Shown here: in pieces, positions 21,184 to 30,082 of the stretch
Layout: every line of letters begins with the position of its first letter
Numbering within the stretch: the first letter of the stretch is position 1
DNA from: Microgenomates bacterium OLB22
Lineage (GTDB): Bacteria > Patescibacteriota > Microgenomatia > UBA1406 > HO2-37-13b
Reading direction: 5' to 3'
Length of the DNA stretch: 64,000 bases
NCBI GenBank assembly: GCA_001567515.1
Contig: LLEV01000008.1
Span: 36,610-100,609, forward strand
Notes under the pieces: generated by a model
The model's input: the letters and a program-made list of their open reading frames with translations, nothing else
Told to the model about the DNA's origin: nothing
Databases searched by the model: none
Position numbers and translations under genes: made by a program

Positions 21184-21366
21184 TTAGCAAATACAAAAAA
21201 AAAATCCTACAATGATCCCCATCAAAAAGACAAGCCCCAAGAAGAATGTCATATAGCCTTCTTGCTGTTTGCTGATTTTATACAATCCCTCACCCACTAG
21301 GGTGAGTGAAAAAAGCATAGGAAGGACAAAACCAATGTATAGAAACTCAGGTGATCGTGGATCCAT
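21184..21366 (-). CDS. Small 2-TM membrane protein (60 aa)
   Basis: MDPRSPEFLYIGFVLPMLFSLTLVGEGLYKISKQQEGYMTFFLGLVFLMGIIVGFFFCIC. ATG lies 1 nt after the Fic stop. The C-terminus runs through a T10 tract, so the end is uncertain. Confidence 0.4.
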   Translation of the reverse strand: MDPRSPEFLYIGFVLPMLFSLTLVGEGLYKISKQQEGYMTFFLGLVFLMGIIVGFFFCIC

Positions 21367-21367
21367 G

Positions 21368-22447
21368 TTAGACCATCTCGTAGCGGGCGGCTTTTGTCTT
21401 TCCCACTTTTTTAATAATACCCTTTTCAATCAGATCTTTGATATCCCGTAGGACAGTATCTTCGGAGACATCAGAGAAAAGCGCGGAAAACCCTTTGTTC
21501 TGAAGATAACCAACCGTCTGGATATACTCTATGATCTGTGTCTGTCTATCAGTGATAAAGACTTGCTTGCCCCCCAACTTTTCTTTGAGGTAGGTGTCCT
21601 TCGATAGTTTATGGATCTTGCCTTTGATACGTTCAAACTCGATTGCTGCTCCGAGGGTAAAGTATTCAAGCCAGGCGGTCAGATCACCAGATGAGGCTTT
21701 CTGCAAACTTTCGTAATAGGAAATGGCATCTTTGTCATAGTATTCCTCTAGAGAAAAGAATCTCCTTATATCATAGCCACCCAAGTAGAGTATTAGCGTG
21801 GACATAGCCCGTCCGACACGCCCATTACCATCGATATATGGGTGTATTCGTACGAATTCATGATGGGTGATTCCAGCCTTGAGTACGGGATGGATGTCAT
21901 CTTCTTCGGTCTTATTGATCCAATAGATGAATTCACGCATCAGGAAGGGCACATCAAGGGGCTCTGGCGGACGAAATGTGACTTCTCCGGTGGCGCTATT
22001 GCGTATCACCACGGCCTTTTTACGATACATGCCAATCTCTTCCTCCGATAAGATCTTGTGGACTACAGTTCGGTGAATCTTGTGAATGAGTGCTTCGGTG
22101 ATCCTCCCTACTTTTCGATCAACTTCTTGTTCTATGACTTCAAGGACGCGACGATAGTTGATGATTTCCTGTACATCTCGCGATCTTCCAATGACATCCA
22201 TACCCATCAGAACGCCTTTTGCCTCTGCTAGATTTAGCTGATTTCCCTCTACGTGTGTACCGTGATGTGCCGTGCGGATGATGGCGTCCTCCCTAAATCT
22301 TTTTTCCCAAAGCGGGAGTAAAGGCGCATCTTCGATGACTTCTTTGGCAGCTTCGATAACGCCAATGTTTTTAAGGATTTTGTTGCTTATAGTAAAGGAG
22401 GGGGAGAACATGTCCTCATTATAGGAGATAGAGGAACTATTTTCCAA
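21368..22447 (-). CDS. Fic/DOC family protein with C-terminal winged-helix domain
   Basis: Fic active-site motif HPYIDGNGRVGR; N-terminal Fic_N-like segment HHGTHVEGNQL; C-terminal HTH-like tail (DTVLRDIKDLIEKGIIKKVGKTKAARY). Confidence 0.85.
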   Translation of the reverse strand: MENSSSISYNEDMFSPSFTISNKILKNIGVIEAAKEVIEDAPLLPLWEKRFREDAIIRTAHHGTHVEGNQLNLAEAKGVLMGMDVIGRSRDVQEIINYRRVLEVIEQEVDRKVGRITEALIHKIHRTVVHKILSEEEIGMYRKKAVVIRNSATGEVTFRPPEPLDVPFLMREFIYWINKTEEDDIHPVLKAGITHHEFVRIHPYIDGNGRVGRAMSTLILYLGGYDIRRFFSLEEYYDKDAISYYESLQKASSGDLTAWLEYFTLGAAIEFERIKGKIHKLSKDTYLKEKLGGKQVFITDRQTQIIEYIQTVGYLQNKGFSALFSDVSEDTVLRDIKDLIEKGIIKKVGKTKAARYEMV

Positions 22448-23123
22448 ATCGTCGTTGTCGTGAGGCGAATTCTTCTAGGACCGAATCGATATGCTCGGTA
22501 GTGATATCAGGAAGAGGTTCATCTAAAAAAAAGAACTCCGCATAGGCAAGCTGCCATAAGAGATATCCGGAAATGCGCTTTTCCCCTCCTGTACGGATAA
22601 CGAGGTCGGGATTGGGATGAGTCTGCCCCTTCGTGTCTAGATAGTCAGCGAAGTCTTCCTCAGAGATAGGTGTGTTGGGGTTAGCGGTAATAAGACTATT
22701 AATAGCGCGCACAATTTCATCTCTCCCCCCATAATCGATAGCGACATTAAAGACGTGATCAGTAAACTGGGCAGTAGCTTCTTCGGCCTCTGCTATCTTT
22801 TGGACAAGCTGTTTAGGAAGACGATCTTTTCTTCCCAGATGATGTAATTGAATCTTTTCTCTGATAGCTTCATCTAGGAAAGAGTCTAGTACGTTCTCAA
22901 ACAGATGCATGAGATTGGAAACTTCCTCTTCAGTTCGATTCCAGTTTTCGGTTGAAAAGCCCCATGCGGTAAGGGTATGTACTCCTCGTTTTCGAAGATG
23001 CTTTGCTATCTGCACCACAGCATCATGGCCCTTTTTATGCCCCATCATAGCAGGGAGATTGTGCGCTTTTGCCCAGCGACGATTGCCATCGCAGATGATT
23101 GCAACGTGATTTGGAATATTCAT
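22437..23123 (-). CDS. uppS: Undecaprenyl (isoprenyl) diphosphate synthase
   Basis: 228 aa; cis-prenyltransferase motifs HVAIICDGNRRWAK and IRTGGEKRISGYLLWQLAYAEF. Confidence 0.9.
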   Translation of the reverse strand: MNIPNHVAIICDGNRRWAKAHNLPAMMGHKKGHDAVVQIAKHLRKRGVHTLTAWGFSTENWNRTEEEVSNLMHLFENVLDSFLDEAIREKIQLHHLGRKDRLPKQLVQKIAEAEEATAQFTDHVFNVAIDYGGRDEIVRAINSLITANPNTPISEEDFADYLDTKGQTHPNPDLVIRTGGEKRISGYLLWQLAYAEFFFLDEPLPDITTEHIDSVLEEFASRQRRFGK

Positions 23124-23200
23124 GGTTTCGTAATTGTCAGATTATAATAGAGAAAAGCCCTATTTGCATCACTCGCACCTTATCTGTACACTTATTCTAT

Positions 23201-23497
23201 ATGATCGCATGGGTCCTTATCATTGATCAAGGGACATTTCCTCCAGCCCGTTTTGGTACCATCGGGTCATTTCTCACCGCTATCTTACCGCTTATTATGT
23301 ATGCTGCTTCTTTCATCATGCTAGGTATTTTTTTGTGGGCGAGTTTTATACTTATTATGAGTAAGGGTGACCCTGCGCGATTTCAGACAGCGCGAGATGC
23401 TATGAAATTTGCGATACTGGGACTTGTGATCATCGCCACAGCTTACTACTTTACCAAGTTGGCCGGATTTATCTCAGGCATTAATTTTGGCCTATGA
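23201..23497 (+). CDS. Small two-TM pilin-like protein (TrbC/VirB2-like type common in CPR genomes)
   Basis: …LPLIMYAASFIMLGIFLWASFILIMSKGDPARFQTARDAMKFAILGLVIIATAYYF…; start chosen at ATG 23201 (track ORF begins at 23099 and overlaps uppS); ATGA overlap with the next paralog. Confidence 0.6.
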   Translation: MIAWVLIIDQGTFPPARFGTIGSFLTAILPLIMYAASFIMLGIFLWASFILIMSKGDPARFQTARDAMKFAILGLVIIATAYYFTKLAGFISGINFGL

Positions 23498-23865
23498 TGG
23501 AGAAGTTTCGTGCTGATGCTAGTGATATATTTGGGAAGGTGGAGCCACCTCCTGGCCCTATTGGTCTTAACTCAGGCACAGCGGAAGATGGATTTGCTCG
23601 ACTTTTTGTGACTGGGATTCAACTGATTTTTATTGTTGGCGGGTTTTTTCTGTTGATATATCTCTTATGGGGATCTTATCTGTGGATCATAGCAGGTGGA
23701 GATACCGAGAAACTTAAAAAAGCACAAGCCCAGATGCGCAACGCATTTCTAGGTGTCTTTGCTCTGGTAGTATCACTAGCTGTATTCCGATTTATCACAG
23801 GTGATGTACTTGGCTTCTTTGATTTCACTGGAGTTGGTATAGAGTTTACCCTCCCACAGTTCTAG
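23494..23865 (+). CDS. Small two-TM pilin-like protein (paralog)
   Basis: …LIFIVGGFFLLIYLLWGSYLWIIAGGDTEKLKKAQAQMRNAFLGVFALVVSLAVFRFITG…; same TM - (G)GD/N - charged helix - TM layout as 23201-23497. Confidence 0.65.
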   Translation: MMEKFRADASDIFGKVEPPPGPIGLNSGTAEDGFARLFVTGIQLIFIVGGFFLLIYLLWGSYLWIIAGGDTEKLKKAQAQMRNAFLGVFALVVSLAVFRFITGDVLGFFDFTGVGIEFTLPQF

Positions 23866-23887
23866 TAAGCAGGAGCTATAATAGGGT

Positions 23888-25165
23888 ATGCCTGAATACA
23901 TAAAAGATATTCTTTTTTTTGCTGTAGCGTGGTACTTTCGGATATGGACACGGATCAAGCTGTGGCGGTGGCATCCTCAGGTCATCATAGTGACAGGCTC
24001 GAGTGGTAAGACCACAGTGATACAGTTGCTCAAGGCGCAACTGGGGAGTAAGGCAGCATTTGCCGACCATGCAAACAGTGCCTTTGGGGTGCCGTTTGAC
24101 ATACTGGGTCTTCATCGAGTCTCATACCATTGGTCAGAGTGGATTTCCCTCGTATTTTGTGCTCCTTTTGCTGCTTTTTCTCCCGTTTCACCACATATGC
24201 GATATATTGTAGAAGCGGATGCTGACAGACCTGGTGAGGGACAGTTCCTAGCTTCACTGCTACGTCCGAGCTATGTCTTGTGGGTTAGTTCTGCCCGTAC
24301 GCATAGCCTACGCTTTGATCCTTTGGTGAGGTCGGGAAAGTTTCGATCTGTAGAGGAAGCTATTGCTTACGAATTCGGATTTTTTCTAGAGTACTGCTCC
24401 GAAAAGGCATGGATAGTGGCCGAAAACGAGCTGATGAGATTACAGATCCCCAGATGCCCCGCGAGGGTGATACAGATTAGCAACAAAGAATTGATCTCAT
24501 ACAAAGTTAGTACTAGAGGCACAACATTCTCATTTGCACATGCCGTCTATACACTCCCCTATGCCCTGCCAGAGTTAGTGCATTACGGATTGCAGATGGT
24601 CGAAGCCCTCCTAGGTGAATTGACCAGTCCTCTCGATTCCTCTTGGGATCGGTTGTCGATACCCCCCGGTCGTAATTCTTTGTTCAGTGGTATCAAGGAT
24701 ACTACCCTGATCGATAGCAGTTACAATGCCAATCTTTCTTCCATGACAGTTATCATCAAGATGGTAGATCAGATCAGGCATAAAAATACGTGGGCCGTGA
24801 TAGGAGATATGCTTGAGCAAGGGGTAACAGGACCGGATCAACATAGGGAACTTGGCGAGCTTCTTGCCGCAACAACTTTCTCTCGTGTGATCTTTTTTGG
24901 TGAAAATGCTAAGTTGTATACTAAGCCAGCATTTGATAAGGATAAGAAAAAGAAAGTAGAAAGTCTATGGTTTGAGACGGTAAAAGAGGTCCAGGACTAC
25001 CTACATAAAGAACTTCAAGGTAAAGAGCTTATCTTATTTAAGGGAGGTCGCTATCAGGAAGCAGTCGTAGAAAGTCTTCTCGCCAGTGCCGCTGATAAAG
25101 CACACCTTTGCCGGCGCGAGGCCATCTGGGTCCGGAAAAGAAAAGCATTAGGACTGGTAGGATAA
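23888..25165 (+). CDS. murF: Mur ligase family protein (MurF-like D-Ala-D-Ala adding enzyme)
   Basis: 425 aa; ATP-binding loop IIVTGSSGKTTV; Mur ligase middle and C-terminal domains; sits directly upstream of alr. Confidence 0.65.
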   Translation: MPEYIKDILFFAVAWYFRIWTRIKLWRWHPQVIIVTGSSGKTTVIQLLKAQLGSKAAFADHANSAFGVPFDILGLHRVSYHWSEWISLVFCAPFAAFSPVSPHMRYIVEADADRPGEGQFLASLLRPSYVLWVSSARTHSLRFDPLVRSGKFRSVEEAIAYEFGFFLEYCSEKAWIVAENELMRLQIPRCPARVIQISNKELISYKVSTRGTTFSFAHAVYTLPYALPELVHYGLQMVEALLGELTSPLDSSWDRLSIPPGRNSLFSGIKDTTLIDSSYNANLSSMTVIIKMVDQIRHKNTWAVIGDMLEQGVTGPDQHRELGELLAATTFSRVIFFGENAKLYTKPAFDKDKKKKVESLWFETVKEVQDYLHKELQGKELILFKGGRYQEAVVESLLASAADKAHLCRREAIWVRKRKALGLVG

Positions 25166-25169
25166 AAAT

Positions 25170-26298
25170 ATGCAGCTCCCTTTTTCCGTAGACACTACCG
25201 CACACTAAATAGAATAGAGATATGCTCCAAAAAACTTCGAAGCAACTATGATGCGCTCAGAAATCTAGCTGGAGGGCTCTCCTTGGCACCGGTACTTAAG
25301 AGCAATGCCTACGGTCATGGCCTAGATCAAGTAGCCCCCTTGTTTGACTCCTACAAAGCGCCTTTCTTGGTTGTCGATAGTCTCTATGAAGCATACGAGC
25401 TGCAAAAAAAAGCGATCAAAACACCATTGCTCATCATGGGGTATACTCATCCGGATAACTTTAAGGTAAAACGGTTGCCTTTTTCCTATGCGGTTTGGGA
25501 TCTCGAGATGGTAGAAGTCCTATCCCGTTATCAAAAGGGGTGTAATATCCATCTCTTTGTCGATACTGGCATGAACCGTGAGGGTATCAGGATAGAAGAG
25601 TTAGAGGCATTCCTATCAAAGATCAGATCAATCCCAGGCCTCAATGTAGATGGACTTTGTTCACATTTTGCTGATGCCAGTAGTGTCAGTAATGTTTCAC
25701 GGGCATTTACAGCAAAGCAGCTAGTACTATTTGAAGATGCTTTGCGTCTCGTGAGAGCTGCTGGATTTGATCCTTTATGGCGGCACATATCAGCCTCGGG
25801 CGGGATCCCCCAGGATATCCACCATCCATTTACCCTGATCAGAGGAGGAATCGCCTGTTATGGCATCCAGCCGGACCCACGCAAGGCTATCCATGCCATT
25901 TCCCCGGTCATGCGATTTGTGTCGACACTTGTCTCTGTCAAAATGATAAAAAAAAGGTGATGTGGTCGGCTATGATCGGACTTATCAGGCAACGTCAGCT
26001 GGCAGGATAGGCCTCATCCCTGCAGGCTATTACGAAGGAATACCTCGAGCCCTGTCTAACAAAGGATTTTTGAGCGTTAAGGGAAAAAGGAGTCCTGTCA
26101 TTGGTCTGGTATCCATGAATATGACAGTGGTTGATCTCACAAAAAAATGTTGGAGCGGATGTGGGTGATGAAGTGACCATACTAAGCGATCAGAGCTCAG
26201 ATGTCTGCAGTGTAGATGGGATCAGTAAGTTGACCGGGCTCCCTACCTATCAGATAGTTGCCCAACTGTCACCATCTATTCGTAGGCACGTTATCTAG
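25170..26298 (+). CDS. alr: Alanine racemase; three frameshifts as sequenced
   Basis: PLP-lysine motif APVLKSNAYGHG. Four frame segments rejoin into a canonical Alr (MQLPFFRRHYRTLNRIEI..., ...VKMIKKGDVVGYDRTY..., ...VDLTKNVGADVGDEVTIL...). The changes needed are T5 25181-25185 to T6, A8 25948-25955 to A7, and A7 26141-26147 to A6. Stop 26296-26298. Confidence 0.85.
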
Positions 26299-26360
26299 TA
26301 GCCATTGACAAGATCAGATCTAACCTCGAGAATGAACAGATACAAGTTTTTTATAACGCT

Positions 26361-26819
26361 ATGGATGATACAACCCCAACTAGTACTGTTCCAGAGATTC
26401 TCCCGTCTGCTGAGGAGGTAAGAGCTGAGCAAGATGCAGCGATGATGGTCATAGAACTGGAAAAGGCAATCAAAACGTATGTGATGGGTATAAGGTCAAA
26501 ACAAGAGACTTTGCGCGAGCAAGCCCAATCCATCAAGGACGCTGTAGAACAGGATGCCACAGTCCAAAATATCAACCTACGTATGCAGGAGATCCAGATG
26601 GAGCTCAAGAAAGCAAAGGATCAGATCATGCAGACTACTGCAGTCCAGACCGCTCGTGAAGAAGTAAAAGGTCTGAAGATGGATATAAAAGAGATGCAGA
26701 CCAATCTTTCCAAAAGACTCCTTGAGTACAAAGAACTTACTCAATCCGATCAGATAGAGCTTGATGACGGCGTCCTTCATACCATCCATCAGCACGCAAA
26801 GCTAGTGAAGAAAAAGTAA
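26361..26819 (+). CDS. Coiled-coil protein, unknown function
   Basis: 152 aa, highly charged heptad-like sequence (…QNINLRMQEIQMELKKAKDQIMQ…), no TM. Confidence 0.5.
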   Translation: MDDTTPTSTVPEILPSAEEVRAEQDAAMMVIELEKAIKTYVMGIRSKQETLREQAQSIKDAVEQDATVQNINLRMQEIQMELKKAKDQIMQTTAVQTAREEVKGLKMDIKEMQTNLSKRLLEYKELTQSDQIELDDGVLHTIHQHAKLVKKK

Positions 26820-26840
26820 TCCAGGTGCAACTAACAACTG

Positions 26841-28170
26841 ATGTGGCATACTACACGTATGCTACATCTGCTTGTATTGGCAGTGATCTTACTGGCTACC
26901 TTTCTATTTGGGACGACGCCAATACTTTTGATGCAGGATACTTACTACTATCCCTGGCTGACTACTCAAGGACTAGTTCCTTATAAAGACTTCTTCGATC
27001 ATCATGGGCCACTACTCTACTATCTCTTTGCACCCTTTACCAAGGACCTAACACTGAGTTCCATGCATATGGCCTATTTTGTCGTGAAGGGCATTATCCT
27101 ATTTCTGCTTACCATTGTCTTTGCCCGCAATCTCAATAGGCTCAGTGTCTTTTGGGGGCTCTTGTATGGGACTCTGTTTCTCTACGCGGTGAGCCCCAAT
27201 TCACTCTGGTATGAGCACTTCATTACCCTGTTTATCGTGTTGGCCTATATGGTTCATACTACTGGGGCCATTGGACAGAAGCAGGAGCTTGCCGGATTTT
27301 TGGTGGGGCTAGCGACTCTCTGTAAGCCGACTGCTCTCATATTTATCATTCCTTTTTTGATCGCGTATCGTAGTTGGCGCCCCTTGATGGTGGTAGGTCT
27401 TGTCTGGCTGCCTATTCTTATTTACTTTCTATACAAAGGAGCGCTCCTTACTTTGATAGACTCTCTCTTCTTATTCAACCTCTCCTATGCCCGCTTTGTG
27501 TCGACCGGACCAGCTATAGACGGATACTTATGGCAGGTTGTCATGTGGCTCCTGATAATTTGCAGCACCATGTTGGTCCTGCGTGCCCAGCTAAAGGGAC
27601 ACAGGCTGCTCTATGGACTCATCTTCTGTTCCTTTATATTTGTCTATCCTCGCTTTGTACTCTACAACATGGTGCCTCTGGTGACATTTGTGAGTATCTT
27701 GGTAGGGGTGGTATTTTATGAGATCTATCGTACGTATATTGTGTTTATCGCAAGCATTCTGCTTTTTTTTCCGTTGTTTTCACTCGCCCAAAATGTGAAG
27801 CATCAATATGTACTCAACCATAGTTTGGTCCCCTACCATGAGCGGGAAAGTAGTCGAGAGATCATAGAGCTGATGAGCTCTGTGGAGTTCAAGGGCAAGC
27901 AGATATATCTTTTCAGTAATGATCTGGAGATCTATTACCTACTTCGTCAAAAGCCACCGACGTACACGCCGAGTAAGTTCGAGTGGATCACTGACTATTA
28001 CAAGCCTGATGTGAAGAGTGAACTGCAAAAAAATAAGGTCCCCATCGTGCTCATCCCGACAAAAAGATCTGGCTTGGCCTGCATACAAGAGTGCTGAGGA
28101 ATATGTGATCGAGCACTATGACAAAGTAGCAGAAAAGAAAGGGTATGTAGTATACGTCAGACGATTGTAG
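26841..28170 (+). CDS. Polytopic membrane glycosyltransferase-like protein (GT39/ArnT-PMT-like topology); probable frameshift near the 3' end
   Basis: 418-aa track ORF with ~10 TM. A plausible C-terminal tail (…PTKDLAWPAYKSAEEYVIEHYDKVAEKKGYVVYVRRL) follows in the +1 frame if A5 at 28061-28065 is A4. The family call is by topology and resemblance only. Confidence 0.5.
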
Positions 28171-28171
28171 G

Positions 28172-28200
28172 TTGATAAATGGTAGTGTTAGTTGTATACT
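28172..28200 (+). promoter_or_regulatory. Sigma-70-type promoter for the 28232 gene
   Basis: TTGATA (28172-28177), 17-nt spacer, TATACT (28195-28200), followed by AAAGGAG RBS and ATG 28232. Confidence 0.5.
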
Positions 28201-28231
28201 ATAAGCTAAATCGGTAACAAAGGAGAATTGA

Positions 28232-28552
28232 ATGAGAGCACAGAACCTGCTTAGTAGGGTTCGATATCATCTAGTTCAGAATGAGAGTTTGAATCGCTCA
28301 TTGGGATACGGGTTGTCCATCACGGATTTCGATGAGATTTCTGCTCCCGTGGGAGGGATCTACTTGGCCTACCTAAAGGGCCAAAATCCTTACGGTGGCG
28401 ACATACACGTCGCCAATGTGTTTGTCATAATGTCAGGTTATCAAACTGCTTGCACGGTAGTGGTGCGAGAACTAGGTGGCGCAGGAATGAATTTCAGCTT
28501 CCATGCTGTGGATTATCCTGACGGAAGCATCATGTTTCGCCCACTGCAGTGA
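28232..28552 (+). CDS. Hypothetical protein (106 aa)
   Basis: Own promoter, RBS AAAGGAG and a strong terminator; no TM, no family recognised. Confidence 0.55.
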   Translation: MRAQNLLSRVRYHLVQNESLNRSLGYGLSITDFDEISAPVGGIYLAYLKGQNPYGGDIHVANVFVIMSGYQTACTVVVRELGGAGMNFSFHAVDYPDGSIMFRPLQ

Positions 28553-28561
28553 TATCCTAAT

Positions 28562-28592
28562 CCCTCACTACTACTAGTGGTGAGGGGTTTTT
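28562..28592 (+). terminator. Rho-independent terminator
   Basis: 11-bp stem CCCTCACTACT/AGTGGTGAGGG with a 3-nt loop, followed by G-TTTTT. Confidence 0.75.
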
Positions 28593-28657
28593 GTGCCCAT
28601 TGGGAAAATATGGGAACTTATAGTATAATAGAGCTACGCCTTTACAAGGAGGAAGAA

Positions 28658-29050
28658 ATGAAGTTTGGCGAGCGGATCTTTTATGCAATCCTATTCATTG
28701 GGAGTATCTTTCTATTCGGTTTCCTTTATGTGAGATATGGTCCTGGATTTTTGGATTCACTGGTCCAGGCACCGCCTAGGACAACATGTCAGTCGGATAT
28801 CTATCTTGAGGTGATGCTTTTAGACAATGATATTCAAAAGCTATATGATCAGGCCCTTCAAGCAAGTCGTGGCTCGACAATAGCCTCATTGTCTATGGAT
28901 TTACAAAAAATGCGCGAAGAAAGTAATCGCTCTTTCGATCTCAGCGAAGAGATCCAGCGACTAACCGAAAAAAAGATTCGTCTTTTGAAGATGCTCCCTG
29001 GTATTTCACAAGAACAACTAGCCTCCCCAGAGGGAGGTATAGAGTTCTAG
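28658..29050 (+). CDS. Membrane-anchored coiled-coil protein (130 aa)
   Basis: GGAGG RBS then ATG 28658 (MKFGERIFYAILFIGSIFLFGFLYV…); the track ORF start at 28577 lies inside the upstream terminator. Confidence 0.55.
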   Translation: MKFGERIFYAILFIGSIFLFGFLYVRYGPGFLDSLVQAPPRTTCQSDIYLEVMLLDNDIQKLYDQALQASRGSTIASLSMDLQKMREESNRSFDLSEEIQRLTEKKIRLLKMLPGISQEQLASPEGGIEF

Positions 29051-29109
29051 GCAACAGGTTTGAAAAGGTATATACTGGTCCAAACCACTCTTGACACAGG
29101 AGGTGTACG

Positions 29110-29364
29110 TTGATCCCGAACTCGGTGCAGGTCGTGGTTGTGCGTAGTGGGAAGATATCGGGTATCCATTGGACGCGAGGTCATATCTTGACCGTCGACG
29201 TCTTCACTCAAAAGATCCTCCTTGTTGAGGAATCGCCTGGATGGACAGAACGAGAGCTGCGGCGCGATGCGCTTCAGCTTGATTCTCGGTTCGTCCCGAA
29301 GGTGGGTGACCCTGCCCCTGATGGGTGGAACCAGTGGCGTACTGCCACACAACTGGCCGACTAA
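29110..29364 (+). CDS. Hypothetical protein (84 aa) in a GC-rich islet
   Basis: TTG start 6 nt after a perfect AGGAGG; followed by a hairpin-T6 terminator; no family recognised. Confidence 0.5.
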   Translation: MIPNSVQVVVVRSGKISGIHWTRGHILTVDVFTQKILLVEESPGWTERELRRDALQLDSRFVPKVGDPAPDGWNQWRTATQLAD

Positions 29365-29379
29365 ACACCGGCCTTTTTT
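29355..29379 (+). terminator. Rho-independent terminator (plus-strand gene)
   Basis: GGCCG-N9-CGGCC followed by T6; part of a longer palindrome GGCC-T6-A-CGCCTAGGCG-A8-GGCC (29370-29402). Confidence 0.6.
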
Positions 29380-29390
29380 ACGCCTAGGCG

Positions 29391-29436
29391 AAAAAAAAGG
29401 CCCCTCACTTTTCCGCTAACTGGCGGCTGTGAGGGG
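29391..29436 (-). terminator. Rho-independent terminator (minus-strand gene 29416-30006)
   Basis: Minus strand reads CCCCTCAC-N20-GTGAGGGG-CC-TTTTTTTT; the stem embraces the stop codon. Confidence 0.65.
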
Positions 29437-30006
29437 GGTATCAGTCTCTAGCTTTGGGAGTGGTGCGAGCTTTGCCTTTTTCGCGGCATCCTTCGCGCCT
29501 GCCATGGAATAATAGTCTCTTCGACTGCATGCTGAGACAACTATCCCATCTACTAGATACCCGATATGCTCTCTTTGAGCATCATATACGGCTAAGGTGT
29601 AAGCAATGCCTGTCTCTCTATCTTCATCATGTACTTCAAAATAGACAGGAGCATCGACACAGGGCTTGAGGCTGTCCTCATGATACACCTCTGTGGCGAG
29701 ATGAAATTTCTGCAATATCGAGGCTTCATTTGGTAGCACCGGTCCAAGATCATACCACTTGGATCCCTGGGGGTTTTGTTCTCCATTTCTCCTGATCAAT
29801 TGAGCTCGTTTGGCAAGTCTCTCATCAATAGTCCCACTTCCGTACCAGGATTCATTTCTGTAATAATGATTGATGTAGTCTGCGACGGCACCCCGTGAAG
29901 TTGCTAGTATATAAGCTTCTCTGTGTCCCTGATACCAGATCTGATAAAAATGTATCTCTGGTGACTTTGGTGTTGGCGGGCTTTTCTTCTTAAAAGGCCA
30001 GAACAT
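29416..30006 (-). CDS. Hypothetical protein (196 aa)
   Basis: AAGGAG RBS before ATG 30006; Trp/Tyr-rich, no TM, no family recognised. Confidence 0.55.
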   Translation of the reverse strand: MFWPFKKKSPPTPKSPEIHFYQIWYQGHREAYILATSRGAVADYINHYYRNESWYGSGTIDERLAKRAQLIRRNGEQNPQGSKWYDLGPVLPNEASILQKFHLATEVYHEDSLKPCVDAPVYFEVHDEDRETGIAYTLAVYDAQREHIGYLVDGIVVSACSRRDYYSMAGAKDAAKKAKLAPLPKLETDTPLTAAS

Positions 30007-30082
30007 GCTTCACTCCTTGCTTGTTTTGAATGAACAAATGTAGCTGGTTGTATAGTATCAAAAGGGGTTGATTTATACAAGT

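Noticed and set aside
29047-29352. 101-aa minus-strand ORF antisense to the GC-rich 84-aa ORF
   Set aside because: It lacks an RBS and would read through the plus-strand terminator region. The plus-strand ORF has a perfect AGGAGG plus a terminator, so it is preferred. GC-rich DNA produces long spurious antisense frames.
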